From positions 1 through 46,334 of IMG/VR virus record IMGVR_UViG_3300027772_000043: a DNA stretch of 46,334 nt. One strand, 5' to 3'. The DNA is from a virus (lineage: Duplodnaviria > Caudoviricetes). Position numbers and translations under genes: made by a program. Shown piece after piece: positions 26,607 through 34,865 of this stretch. How positions within the stretch are numbered: the first letter of the stretch is position 1; each line of letters begins with the position of its first letter. The notes below the pieces were generated by a model. That model saw only the letters and a list, made by a program, of their open reading frames with translations. It did not search any database and was not told where the DNA came from.

Positions 26607-27544
26607 CAGATTCCCCCTTCTGCGCTCTTAGCGAGCGCCCACTTCAAGACTTCCTCAGCCTTTTGCTTTGGAATGTCTGTAAACGAATCCCAGCCACGAG
26701 ACTTGAGCAGCGCGTCGCCGTCAACTCCAGCAGCCACCAAAGCGATACGGATGTTGTTAGCCAACTCCTCGTCAGCCAACTCCTCTTCCGCATCCAGCGC
26801 AGCCGCTACCGCCTCGTCCATCTGGACGCGCTTTACGCCGCCCTTGACGCCAAGCGCCTTGGCAAAGACAGACTCAAAGGTTGGGTCAACGATCTCTGAC
26901 TTCGCGTCATTTGATCCTGTCCGATCCTTGATCACCGTCATCTTGCGTGCGCCGCCATCAATGAACATTCGCAGAACGGTGTCAAAGAAATACGGCGTAC
27001 CCTTTTCGCAATCTGGCTTGCTGCCGATGCGAACCATCTGGTCTCCGCGCTTCTCTGTCTCGTCCTTCTCTCGCGCAATGACAATCGTGTGGATCGGCAA
27101 GTTAATGATTGCCGTCAACAGCGACTTGTACTGGCGCTTAATGCGACCCCAATCCAGCATCTCAAGGTCTGTCTCCTCAACGATGCCGTTGCCACGCCCC
27201 TTCGCTGCGTTTGCAGCAGCGCGCTTGATCTGGGCTGAGTCCTGCAGCGTCTCCCAGATCACCGTCAGCGGGTCAATGACCAGCGTGCCGTATGTCTCTG
27301 GGCTTGCGGCGACAAACTCAACTGCAGCCTTGACGTCCTTGTAGGTCTTGGTCGGCAAGACATCAAAGTCCTGCAAGCCCTCTCGCCCAGCGTAGTGCGC
27401 CGTGCCACCTTCAGTGTCAATCACTGCGATCTTTCCCTTGCCTGATAGCGCAAAGAACGTCTTGCCAACTCCTGAAGCGCCGTAGACCAGCACCTTCATC
27501 TTTGGCTCAACATTCTGTGCCTTCTTGAACGGATTAACTGCCAT
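26606..27544 (-). CDS. Sak4-like/AAA_24 ATPase (single-strand annealing recombinase)
   Basis: VYGASGVGKT, IDTEGG, LVIDPLT, KDRTG; between nuclease and ssb. Confidence 0.85.
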   Translation of the reverse strand: MAVNPFKKAQNVEPKMKVLVYGASGVGKTFFALSGKGKIAVIDTEGGTAHYAGREGLQDFDVLPTKTYKDVKAAVEFVAASPETYGTLVIDPLTVIWETLQDSAQIKRAAANAAKGRGNGIVEETDLEMLDWGRIKRQYKSLLTAIINLPIHTIVIAREKDETEKRGDQMVRIGSKPDCEKGTPYFFDTVLRMFIDGGARKMTVIKDRTGSNDAKSEIVDPTFESVFAKALGVKGGVKRVQMDEAVAAALDAEEELADEELANNIRIALVAAGVDGDALLKSRGWDSFTDIPKQKAEEVLKWALAKSAEGGI

Positions 27545-27553
27545 GTCTCCTCC

Positions 27554-28351
27554 TTACTCTTGGATGCCGCGCCAAGCGGGGCATTCGCTTTTAAAAGCGC
27601 AGCCATTGCATGCAAACTGCGCGTTAAACCCCTGAGTTAGATGCATGTCCAACTCTTTGGCAACTTGGCGCGACCTCTCGCGCTTCGCTGCCTCTGTTCT
27701 GAACGACTCCACCGCAAGCGTTAGCCGTCGGCTGCGTTGCTTGTCATACCAAGGCTTCGTTGCCTTTGGGTTCCACTCCAACACATCCTTCGGCGGGTTC
27801 GCATAGATCAAGGCATCAAGCCCGACCATCGGCGGAAGAGATCCGTAAACCTCAAACAGTCCCCAAGCGTAGTAGGTCAACTGGAAGTCCTTGTCTGCGC
27901 GGCGCTCTTCCAAGCGTCGCTCGCTGGTCTTCAAGTCAATTACCGAGCCGTCAGACAGAATGATGTCTGGATGCGCGTGGTATGTCACGCCTTCAAAATC
28001 CCAGTGCAGTTCAACTTGCGTACCAAAAACATCTGGCATTGTTGGCTGCACCTCTTGTTGCCAGCACCGAACCAAAGCGTTGGCTTTCTCCTTCATTGCA
28101 TCAAGCGCCCAGACTCGCAACGCGGCTGGATCTTCCTCATGCACTGCGGATTCCACTTCCCGATCCGTTTCGGCGAGTTGACCAGCGATCAATTTACAGA
28201 CCGCTGCGTCAACCGCCTTGCCGACCATCGCCGCTTCCCCCATCTGCGGGCGCTTACCCGTGATAGTCGCAGCGTTGGATTTCCACTGGCATTCATCCCA
28301 AAGTTTGTCGCCCGAATACGAGCGATGACTTGGATCAAAGCAGCGGGACAT
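27554..28351 (-). CDS. PD-(D/E)XK (RecB/Cas4-like) exonuclease
   Basis: HPDII...IDLKTS...QLTYY; N-terminal Cys plus C-terminal CNGC....C. Confidence 0.85.
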   Translation of the reverse strand: MSRCFDPSHRSYSGDKLWDECQWKSNAATITGKRPQMGEAAMVGKAVDAAVCKLIAGQLAETDREVESAVHEEDPAALRVWALDAMKEKANALVRCWQQEVQPTMPDVFGTQVELHWDFEGVTYHAHPDIILSDGSVIDLKTSERRLEERRADKDFQLTYYAWGLFEVYGSLPPMVGLDALIYANPPKDVLEWNPKATKPWYDKQRSRRLTLAVESFRTEAAKRERSRQVAKELDMHLTQGFNAQFACNGCAFKSECPAWRGIQE

Positions 28352-28644
28352 CAGATTTCCCCTCGCAACGCAACGATCACCTCATAAGTGCCGTCGGCGT
28401 TTGGTACGCAGCGAGACTTAACCGCCACGCCAAGGTTCCTGAATGCCTGTAGAAGCGTTGCCCGCTTCCGCCATGACACTGCCTTACTTTCTGCCACAAG
28501 CCGAATTGCCTGACCGCTACGAAGTGCCACGAGTGCCGCGTCGTAATCAATCAACGCCGTCGTCTTGTTTGAGCGCCAACTAATGTCGCTCAGGTTGCTG
28601 ATAGCCGTGAAGTCTTCCTGCACGGGCTTAAGCGCGAACGCCAT
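28351..28644 (-). CDS. Hypothetical protein, first gene of the recombination operon
   Basis: GAGGGG RBS; downstream of the promoter at 28723..28751. Confidence 0.65.
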   Translation of the reverse strand: MAFALKPVQEDFTAISNLSDISWRSNKTTALIDYDAALVALRSGQAIRLVAESKAVSWRKRATLLQAFRNLGVAVKSRCVPNADGTYEVIVALRGEI

Positions 28645-28722
28645 GTTCCCCTCATTCCCCTATCACGCTTGCGCGTGTGAGCCTTACCCCTAAGACTGCT
28701 GCGGCTCTGCGGCAGTCGGTGG

Positions 28723-28751
28723 AGTATAAGGGATCTGTTCGCCTAGGTCAA
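28723..28751 (-). promoter_or_regulatory. Sigma70-type promoter TTGACC-17-TATACT
   Basis: Near-consensus hexamers with a 17-bp spacer in an intergenic gap. Confidence 0.75.
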
Positions 28752-28766
28752 CACCTGTTCTTCTGC

Positions 28767-29834
28767 CTATCCTATCTGTGGCAACACAGGGTTATCCGTG
28801 TCAAGGTAAACTACATACTCCGCTGTCACTCCATGCTTGGGGTGGACGAAGCGTAGACCCTGAGATGGGCGACCCACCGCTGCCAGCGCCTCCTGCGCGA
28901 ATGTGTTGTGGCTCTCTGGGCTGCCGTTGCAGCGCGCCGTCACGCGGTTGAGCGTTACCCTCGTTGGCTGATGCCAGTGTCCAAAGTCAGTGTCGTGAAA
29001 GACCTCTGGGATTGCGCCCAGCGCCCAGCCGCCGACCTTCTTCATCAAGCCGTACCAAGGGAAGCCCGACCCGCCGCGCAGGTTGTAGCCATGGAAAAGT
29101 AGCACCTTGTAGTTTGGGAAAACTTCGGCAACCGTGTACCAGTGCGACTCCCCTGAGCCGTCTGGGATGTTGAACGAAACCCGTTTCTCATCCTTGAGCA
29201 GCAGTTGCGTGATTCGGTACGCCATGCGGTCGGCGTTGCTCTCTGGGTTCATGTTCCGACGCTCAGACCCGCCGATAGCACCGTGATTGCCGATGACCAT
29301 GTGGACAGTAATCTTGCCGCTAAAGTTTGCAAGCATCTTGCGGATAAAGTTGGTCAGGATGCGCGGCGCATCAAGGACTGTCTGCTGGTACAGCGAACTG
29401 TCCAACTGCCACTGTTGACTTGGGAAGATCAACTCGCCTTCCACAATGTCGCCAAGAACAAAAATTTGCAGGTCGTTGACTGGGTGATCGGCTCGCTGAA
29501 TTTCCGTCAGTTTAATTACCTTATCTGCGTAGATGTCAATTCGCTCTTCGCAGATCACTGAGTTGTACCCTGCGGTCAACTTACCCAACTGGAAGTCACC
29601 AAGCACAGCAATGGCTGTTTCTGGCTGCTTGCTGCGTTTGTCCGCTTTCGGCGCTTGGACTGGTGGAATAATCATTGCGCTTGCCGCTGACTTTGCTGCG
29701 CGGAAGATTGCTTCGGTGTAGTCATCGCGGTCGCGCTTCAGAGAATCATATTTCTTGAGCGCGGCGTTTAGTTGCGTCCGCAACTCGCCTTCAACTTGTG
29801 CGCGAAGAATTTCTTCCTCTACTGACACGAGCAT
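28767..29834 (-). CDS. Metallophosphoesterase/nuclease (DP1/Mre11-like)
   Basis: GDFQLG, GDIVEG, GNHG, FHG, GHWH. Confidence 0.85.
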   Translation of the reverse strand: MLVSVEEEILRAQVEGELRTQLNAALKKYDSLKRDRDDYTEAIFRAAKSAASAMIIPPVQAPKADKRSKQPETAIAVLGDFQLGKLTAGYNSVICEERIDIYADKVIKLTEIQRADHPVNDLQIFVLGDIVEGELIFPSQQWQLDSSLYQQTVLDAPRILTNFIRKMLANFSGKITVHMVIGNHGAIGGSERRNMNPESNADRMAYRITQLLLKDEKRVSFNIPDGSGESHWYTVAEVFPNYKVLLFHGYNLRGGSGFPWYGLMKKVGGWALGAIPEVFHDTDFGHWHQPTRVTLNRVTARCNGSPESHNTFAQEALAAVGRPSQGLRFVHPKHGVTAEYVVYLDTDNPVLPQIG

Positions 29835-30055
29835 TCCCCTTTCCTATGCCGTCCCACCGATGAGGTCGCGAGTTTTATGCCAAGAGCAACTGCAACGCCC
29901 TTGGCGATTGCAGTGTGTTCAATGGCAGGATTGTCCAGCGCAGACTTAAGGTCGGACGAATCCGCCGCGCTGAGTCCCTGCAGCACACGGCGAACGCCGC
30001 ATACCGCCTTGCTGCTCGTCGGGCGAGCAGCATTGATTGCGTCTAGTAAAGCCAT
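29819..30055 (-). CDS. Small HTH/zinc protein associated with the phosphoesterase
   Basis: CGV...SVGRHRKGECSC. Confidence 0.65.
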   Translation of the reverse strand: MALLDAINAARPTSSKAVCGVRRVLQGLSAADSSDLKSALDNPAIEHTAIAKGVAVALGIKLATSSVGRHRKGECSCQ

Positions 30056-30079
30056 CCCCTAGTTCCCCCTTTTTTTGTT

Positions 30080-30295
30080 TTACTTCTTGGCTGCGACTCC
30101 GTATTCGCCACCAGCCTGTAGATACCGTAGCAGAACCTGCACGCCCGCTGCAATACCAGCAGCAGACAATGCCTTCAATGCCTCAGTGTCAAGGCTCCAA
30201 ATATCAATGCCCAAACCTAGCCACACGGCAAAAGTCGTTGCAAGTGCGGTTCGGGTTGCGTCCTGTAGTGCTGCCTTAAATTCCTTGAGATTCAT
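30080..30295 (-). CDS. Putative holin
   Basis: Two hydrophobic segments; RTALATT..; downstream of the endolysin-like gene. Confidence 0.7.
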   Translation of the reverse strand: MNLKEFKAALQDATRTALATTFAVWLGLGIDIWSLDTEALKALSAAGIAAGVQVLLRYLQAGGEYGVAAKK

Positions 30296-30373
30296 GATCT
30301 ACCTTTCTTTTTGTTAATAGCCTGTTGGCTTTGGCTTTGGCTTAGGTCGCTTTTTCATTTCTACCATTCTTTC

Positions 30374-31186
30374 TTACTTATTAAGTAGTTTTGCTTGCAG
30401 TTGTGCGACGCGATCCCAGAGAGTTCGCTTTGCCGCACCTAGCGGCGTCCGCTTAACCTCTTTTAGCGTTGAAGCCAATTCTGCCTCAGCCGCTTTGATT
30501 TGTGCGGCTTTAACGGTGTTTGGGGCTGTCTTTATAGGCGCTACGGGCTTGCTCGCCTCTGCGGGCTTCTGAGGCGGCTTTACGGGCGTTTTAGGGGCTG
30601 GCTTGGAAGCGTACACCGCGATCCAGATAGGCGTCTTTTTTACGAGCGTCTTGGAGCGGGCAATGCCATCTGCTTCCTGCTCCGAAATTGCCTTGCCGTA
30701 AGTCTCTTTCCCCTTGCCGCTCATCGTCGGGTCGGCGTACTCCCACGCGCCGCCCTCACACGCCAACACGCACCAGTGTCCATAGGGCGCACTGTTTGCG
30801 GGGCGCTTCTTTTGCCACTCTGACCACACACGCTTCGGAATTCCCAGCGGGGCTTCAACATTGACCACAATTGCAGCGCCGTCAACGGCTGCGCGCTTTG
30901 CGGCAGCCCACGCGGGAACCCACTGGGCATAGCCGCCCAACTGCTTGACTGTGGCAATCAATTCGTGAGCGCTAGTCCCCGACCCTTCCCCGTCAACATC
31001 CTTACGCCCTGCGCGCTTGCCCGCATTCCATGCTTCCTGCGGGGTCACCGTGATCTCGCCTTTGCTTGCGTACTGCAGCGCCATCCCCGCGCTCGTCACG
31101 CCGCAATCATCCATCCAGTTGTCGTCTGCTGTCTTGGTGCTTTTGCCCTCAATCAGCGTTGTCTGCGTTACTACTTTAATTGGCAT
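30374..31186 (-). CDS. C39-like (papain-fold) peptidase, probable endolysin
   Basis: Q...DDCG, YGHWCVL, YADP catalytic motifs; Pro/Lys linker and helical tail; lysis cassette position. Confidence 0.7.
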   Translation of the reverse strand: MPIKVVTQTTLIEGKSTKTADDNWMDDCGVTSAGMALQYASKGEITVTPQEAWNAGKRAGRKDVDGEGSGTSAHELIATVKQLGGYAQWVPAWAAAKRAAVDGAAIVVNVEAPLGIPKRVWSEWQKKRPANSAPYGHWCVLACEGGAWEYADPTMSGKGKETYGKAISEQEADGIARSKTLVKKTPIWIAVYASKPAPKTPVKPPQKPAEASKPVAPIKTAPNTVKAAQIKAAEAELASTLKEVKRTPLGAAKRTLWDRVAQLQAKLLNK

Positions 31187-31194
31187 TCCTCGTC

Positions 31195-31380
31195 CTACTT
31201 TCCCTGTCCCTGCATCCAAGCGAGCAGGGAGCCTAGCCCCGTCAGCCCAAGCAGCCCAATGATGGTCTTAGCCAGACGTAGCGCGCCCCTGCTTTCCGCA
31301 AGGTCTACCTTGATTTCAGTAAGGTCACGCTCAATGCGGTCAAGCCGCTTTAATATTTCGCTGTTCTGGCTTGTAGTCAT
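31195..31380 (-). CDS. Coiled-coil plus TM protein (XhlA/holin-like)
   Basis: LKRLDRIERDL... followed by one TM helix; upstream of the endolysin. Confidence 0.65.
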   Translation of the reverse strand: MTTSQNSEILKRLDRIERDLTEIKVDLAESRGALRLAKTIIGLLGLTGLGSLLAWMQGQGK

Positions 31381-31643
31381 TTGTCAATGTTACCATCTAA
31401 ACTGACAGCATCCTGCAATTGGTACTGCCCAGCCCCGATCCTGCGAATAATTTTTCCTTTTTCAAGCAAATCCAGCGGAACAACATCCAGTGAATCAATC
31501 CACTCAAAAACCAGATTGTTTCCAGTCTGGTAGGTAGCGCATTGTGCTTCTGGCATGACCATAATACTCTCAAAGACGCCCGTCTCAGGATCGTATATCG
31601 CGCATGCTTTCATGTTTTCTCCAAAGAAACTAAGGTCTGGCAT
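31377..31643 (-). CDS. Small tail-associated/chaperone-like protein
   Basis: Follows the tail tip gene; AIYDPETG motif. Confidence 0.55.
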   Translation of the reverse strand: MPDLSFFGENMKACAIYDPETGVFESIMVMPEAQCATYQTGNNLVFEWIDSLDVVPLDLLEKGKIIRRIGAGQYQLQDAVSLDGNIDK

Positions 31644-31652
31644 ATTTTCTCC

Positions 31653-34600
31653 TTATGGGACTATTGCAATGCCCTGCGCCCTGCGACCAACAGTCGTTGC
31701 GGAGGAAGTTGTGTTGTAAAGATAAACTGTCGCTGTGGTGCTGCCTTGTGAAAACACCACAGCCGCCAGAGCAACGGAGGTTGACCCAGTCATGTATGGA
31801 CTTGCCACAACATACGGAGCCGACCCTGTGCTAGTCCACGTTAGCGAATGGCTTTGGAATGCGCCAGCATTAATTTGCGTGGTGCTACTTGTTGAGACAT
31901 CCGTGCGAATAAAAGAAGGCAGATTGCTTGAACTAACGGTTCCAGACGCGACTATGGTGTTCGCGTTAATGGTTCCCGCTGCGGTTATGGCTCCCGCTGC
32001 GGTTATGTCTCCGCTACTTACAGTCTCTATGCTTCCGTCAACATACAGGGTGACATCGCCCAATCCCGCCGTCTTCTCAAGGATAACGCGACCAGCAGTG
32101 CCAGCGCTACCACGAATTCTTCCTCTTGATACTCCGCCACCGTCGCTCTCATAAATTTCCAACGATTCCGTACTAGAAGCACCAGCGCCAACTGAAACTC
32201 CATTAATTTGAAGACCATCGGCGTTTAGCGTGCCATTTACGGTGTGGACGTTTCCAGATCCAAGGGAAGACCTTCCAAGAGTGTAAATCCCGTTGTTGTT
32301 AATTGAGAGATCGGTTGTGAACGTACCGAACGCTGTAGATGCAACTGCAGTTCCGCCTGAGATGTATGTGTCGGTCATTGCGATTTTAACGGTAAAAGTC
32401 GTAGAGGTTCTTGCGGAGATTACTCCGCCAAGCAGATCAAGGGTTTCGGGATCGCAGCCAGTAATATCAACTTTTGATCCTACAACGAAACTATTATTGG
32501 CGGTGTATCTGGTGTAGCCAGCACTTGGGCTGTTTAGGGTAACTCCAGTAATTGTCACGGTTGCCGTTGACCCCTCCAGCCAGTGACCGATCTGAACAGT
32601 TTCTCCGTCCTTCACGGCGAAATCACCAACTGCAGCGCTCTTGCTGCTAACAATTCCAGGAGCGATAGTTGAGTCGGTTACGTTAATACTTTTTGCATCT
32701 ACAATTCCGCTCGCTGAAATTGCAAAATGCTCAGATGTAATTGCGACACCCTGCGAGCCGTCAAGCGTTAGTGACCCAGCGGTGATCTCGCTGGCGTTAA
32801 GGTTTACAACATTGATTTGATTGGCGTCAATGCTTCCAGCAAAAATTAAGTCTGCAGTGATGACACCCGCTGGCACAACGCCCATGTCTTTTGCGTCATC
32901 AAAGATTGTTTCTGTACTTGATGCGCCCCATGCAGAAACACCGTTGCTTCGGTACACCGTCGGCACACTGATGTGCGGATCTCCTGCGTCTGGCACAAGC
33001 AGAACGAGCGTACCCGCTGGGAAATCTGATGCATAAATTGTAAGGTCTGGCAGGTTTTGAGCAACGGTCAGCGTAGCGTTCTTTCTGATGACAGACATCT
33101 GCGTGTTTGCCGCTGGAAGTGATGACGAAGTGATAACCTCTGCCGCAGCGCCAGTTACCTGCGGATCAGTGAGGCGGCGACCAGAAGATACATACTCGCT
33201 CTGCTGCATGTTGTGCGAGAACGCTGTTGCAGTAAGGCGCGGCTTTGCTGTTCCGACAAGCGCAGACCCGACTGTTGCGAGAGCAGAGGCGAGGCTACCC
33301 TTTTGCGCTCCGAACTGAATTTCGTATACGATTTCGCCGTTTCCGTATGGCAGGATTGAGTACGCTTCAATGCGGTTGATTGTCAGTTGTCGCGCCGTAG
33401 GCATTCTTTGCATTTCAAATATCTGATATGTTCCAACAATTGGAACGATGAACCCAAGCCTGTCGGAAGAGATTGTGTATGTACCCTCACGAAGTGGCAT
33501 CGCGGACTCAGAAAAGATTGCATCCGCTGCCCGATCCGCTTCCGCTTGGCTGGTTACTTCTGAATCCTCAACAAACGTTCCACTTACCTTGCCGAAGTAG
33601 GCGATAGAGGGAGCAAACTCTTGATACCAAGTGGTGTAGATGTTGCTTCCCTTAACGGTTTCTGCGCCCTTGATTGCGACAGCGTTAATAATTGCGCTTG
33701 CGTCAAGGGATTCCTCGTAATTCATTGGCGCAAAAGTGAACGAGTTATCTGGGGTATCGCTAACAGCAAACGGTGCGTCTTCATGGAGGCATTGCAGGTT
33801 GTCGTAGTAGACCGATCCAGTTGTCGCCCCAGAATAGCCAAGGCGGATCTCAAGATACGCAGCCGTCGCTGGCGCTGTCACAAGTTGCTCTACGCGAACC
33901 CACGAGCCGACGGTCGCAGTGGTAATCGTCGTAGTAGGGCTGAGGTACGCGCCGCTGGCGGTTGCGCGGAAGCGAAGCAGGATCTCCGCTCTGCTCGCAG
34001 AAACGTTTTTTATTGACGCGCTAAAGTAGTATCGCTCCCCAGCAACGGCGGCAACCTGTTGTGTCGCAGCCTCCGTACTGTCGTCGCATTTCAACCCGTA
34101 GTCGTAGTCCTCACCAAGAGTTGGAGCGCCTCCGCTATCGGAGTTCTGTCCAGCAATAGTATTTCTGCTTGTGTTGGCAGTAAGCGTCCAACTTGTAGCG
34201 GTTGACGAGGATGCCGATGGCTGGATGTTTGGCAACTGGAAGCCGCTGTTCAAAATAAGGTTGACGCTTGCACCGACACGCTGAATATTTAGTTCCCCCA
34301 GAACGTCAACCCAGAAAACCATCTTGTTTTCATATGCCTTTAGGCAAAATCGCTCAAGCGCCTGACGCAACGTTTTGCCGCCATATTTAATCGTAGGAAG
34401 GCTGGCGTCGTTGACGCGGTGAATCTTTGCAGCGTTGTAAATGATCTGAGAAAATCCCTCTGATGCTGTGCTGCTTGACAGCAGCCACTGGATGTCATTC
34501 CCCCGCGTCCTACCAAGACCAGTGCGCTCTGCGAGCCTGTTCCTATATGCCTTCTGGTCTAGAAGGCAGTTGGAACTCTGGCAGTCAACCGTAATAAGGT

Positions 34601-34865
34601 TTGCTGCGCCATCAAACGCCCAAGTAATGTTGCCGACATACCCGCGCCAAACCGCCGTTGTTTGTGAGGTTGCTGAGATTGTCACCGTAGAGTTGACGAC
34701 AACTAGAGAGCCAGCCTTAATGTCAATGGTATTGGTTTCGTCCCTTATGTCAAACGAGCAGGTTGTAATGGAATCTCGTGAGCCAGCCTCTGCCGTGAAG
34801 GTCTCCATCAAAATGTAGTTGGTTAGGTCTGTCCCGCCAACCGTGACTGAAAGTACTGCTGACAT
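31653..34865 (-). CDS. Large tail tip/hub protein with a carbohydrate-binding-module-like insert
   Basis: Directly after the tape measure; WRGYV..., FWVDVLGELN hub-like motifs; NLILNSGF...VYYDNL CBM4_9-like domain; beta-rich C-terminus. Confidence 0.75.
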   Translation of the reverse strand: MSAVLSVTVGGTDLTNYILMETFTAEAGSRDSITTCSFDIRDETNTIDIKAGSLVVVNSTVTISATSQTTAVWRGYVGNITWAFDGAANLITVDCQSSNCLLDQKAYRNRLAERTGLGRTRGNDIQWLLSSSTASEGFSQIIYNAAKIHRVNDASLPTIKYGGKTLRQALERFCLKAYENKMVFWVDVLGELNIQRVGASVNLILNSGFQLPNIQPSASSSTATSWTLTANTSRNTIAGQNSDSGGAPTLGEDYDYGLKCDDSTEAATQQVAAVAGERYYFSASIKNVSASRAEILLRFRATASGAYLSPTTTITTATVGSWVRVEQLVTAPATAAYLEIRLGYSGATTGSVYYDNLQCLHEDAPFAVSDTPDNSFTFAPMNYEESLDASAIINAVAIKGAETVKGSNIYTTWYQEFAPSIAYFGKVSGTFVEDSEVTSQAEADRAADAIFSESAMPLREGTYTISSDRLGFIVPIVGTYQIFEMQRMPTARQLTINRIEAYSILPYGNGEIVYEIQFGAQKGSLASALATVGSALVGTAKPRLTATAFSHNMQQSEYVSSGRRLTDPQVTGAAAEVITSSSLPAANTQMSVIRKNATLTVAQNLPDLTIYASDFPAGTLVLLVPDAGDPHISVPTVYRSNGVSAWGASSTETIFDDAKDMGVVPAGVITADLIFAGSIDANQINVVNLNASEITAGSLTLDGSQGVAITSEHFAISASGIVDAKSINVTDSTIAPGIVSSKSAAVGDFAVKDGETVQIGHWLEGSTATVTITGVTLNSPSAGYTRYTANNSFVVGSKVDITGCDPETLDLLGGVISARTSTTFTVKIAMTDTYISGGTAVASTAFGTFTTDLSINNNGIYTLGRSSLGSGNVHTVNGTLNADGLQINGVSVGAGASSTESLEIYESDGGGVSRGRIRGSAGTAGRVILEKTAGLGDVTLYVDGSIETVSSGDITAAGAITAAGTINANTIVASGTVSSSNLPSFIRTDVSTSSTTQINAGAFQSHSLTWTSTGSAPYVVASPYMTGSTSVALAAVVFSQGSTTATVYLYNTTSSATTVGRRAQGIAIVP

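Noticed and set aside
27554-28351. Cas4 as part of a CRISPR-Cas system
   Set aside because: No other cas genes or array; the Sak4/SSB context indicates a recombination exonuclease
31973-32008. 18-bp tandem duplication in the tail tip gene
   Set aside because: An in-frame ITAAG(A/T) beta-repeat, ordinary for spike proteins
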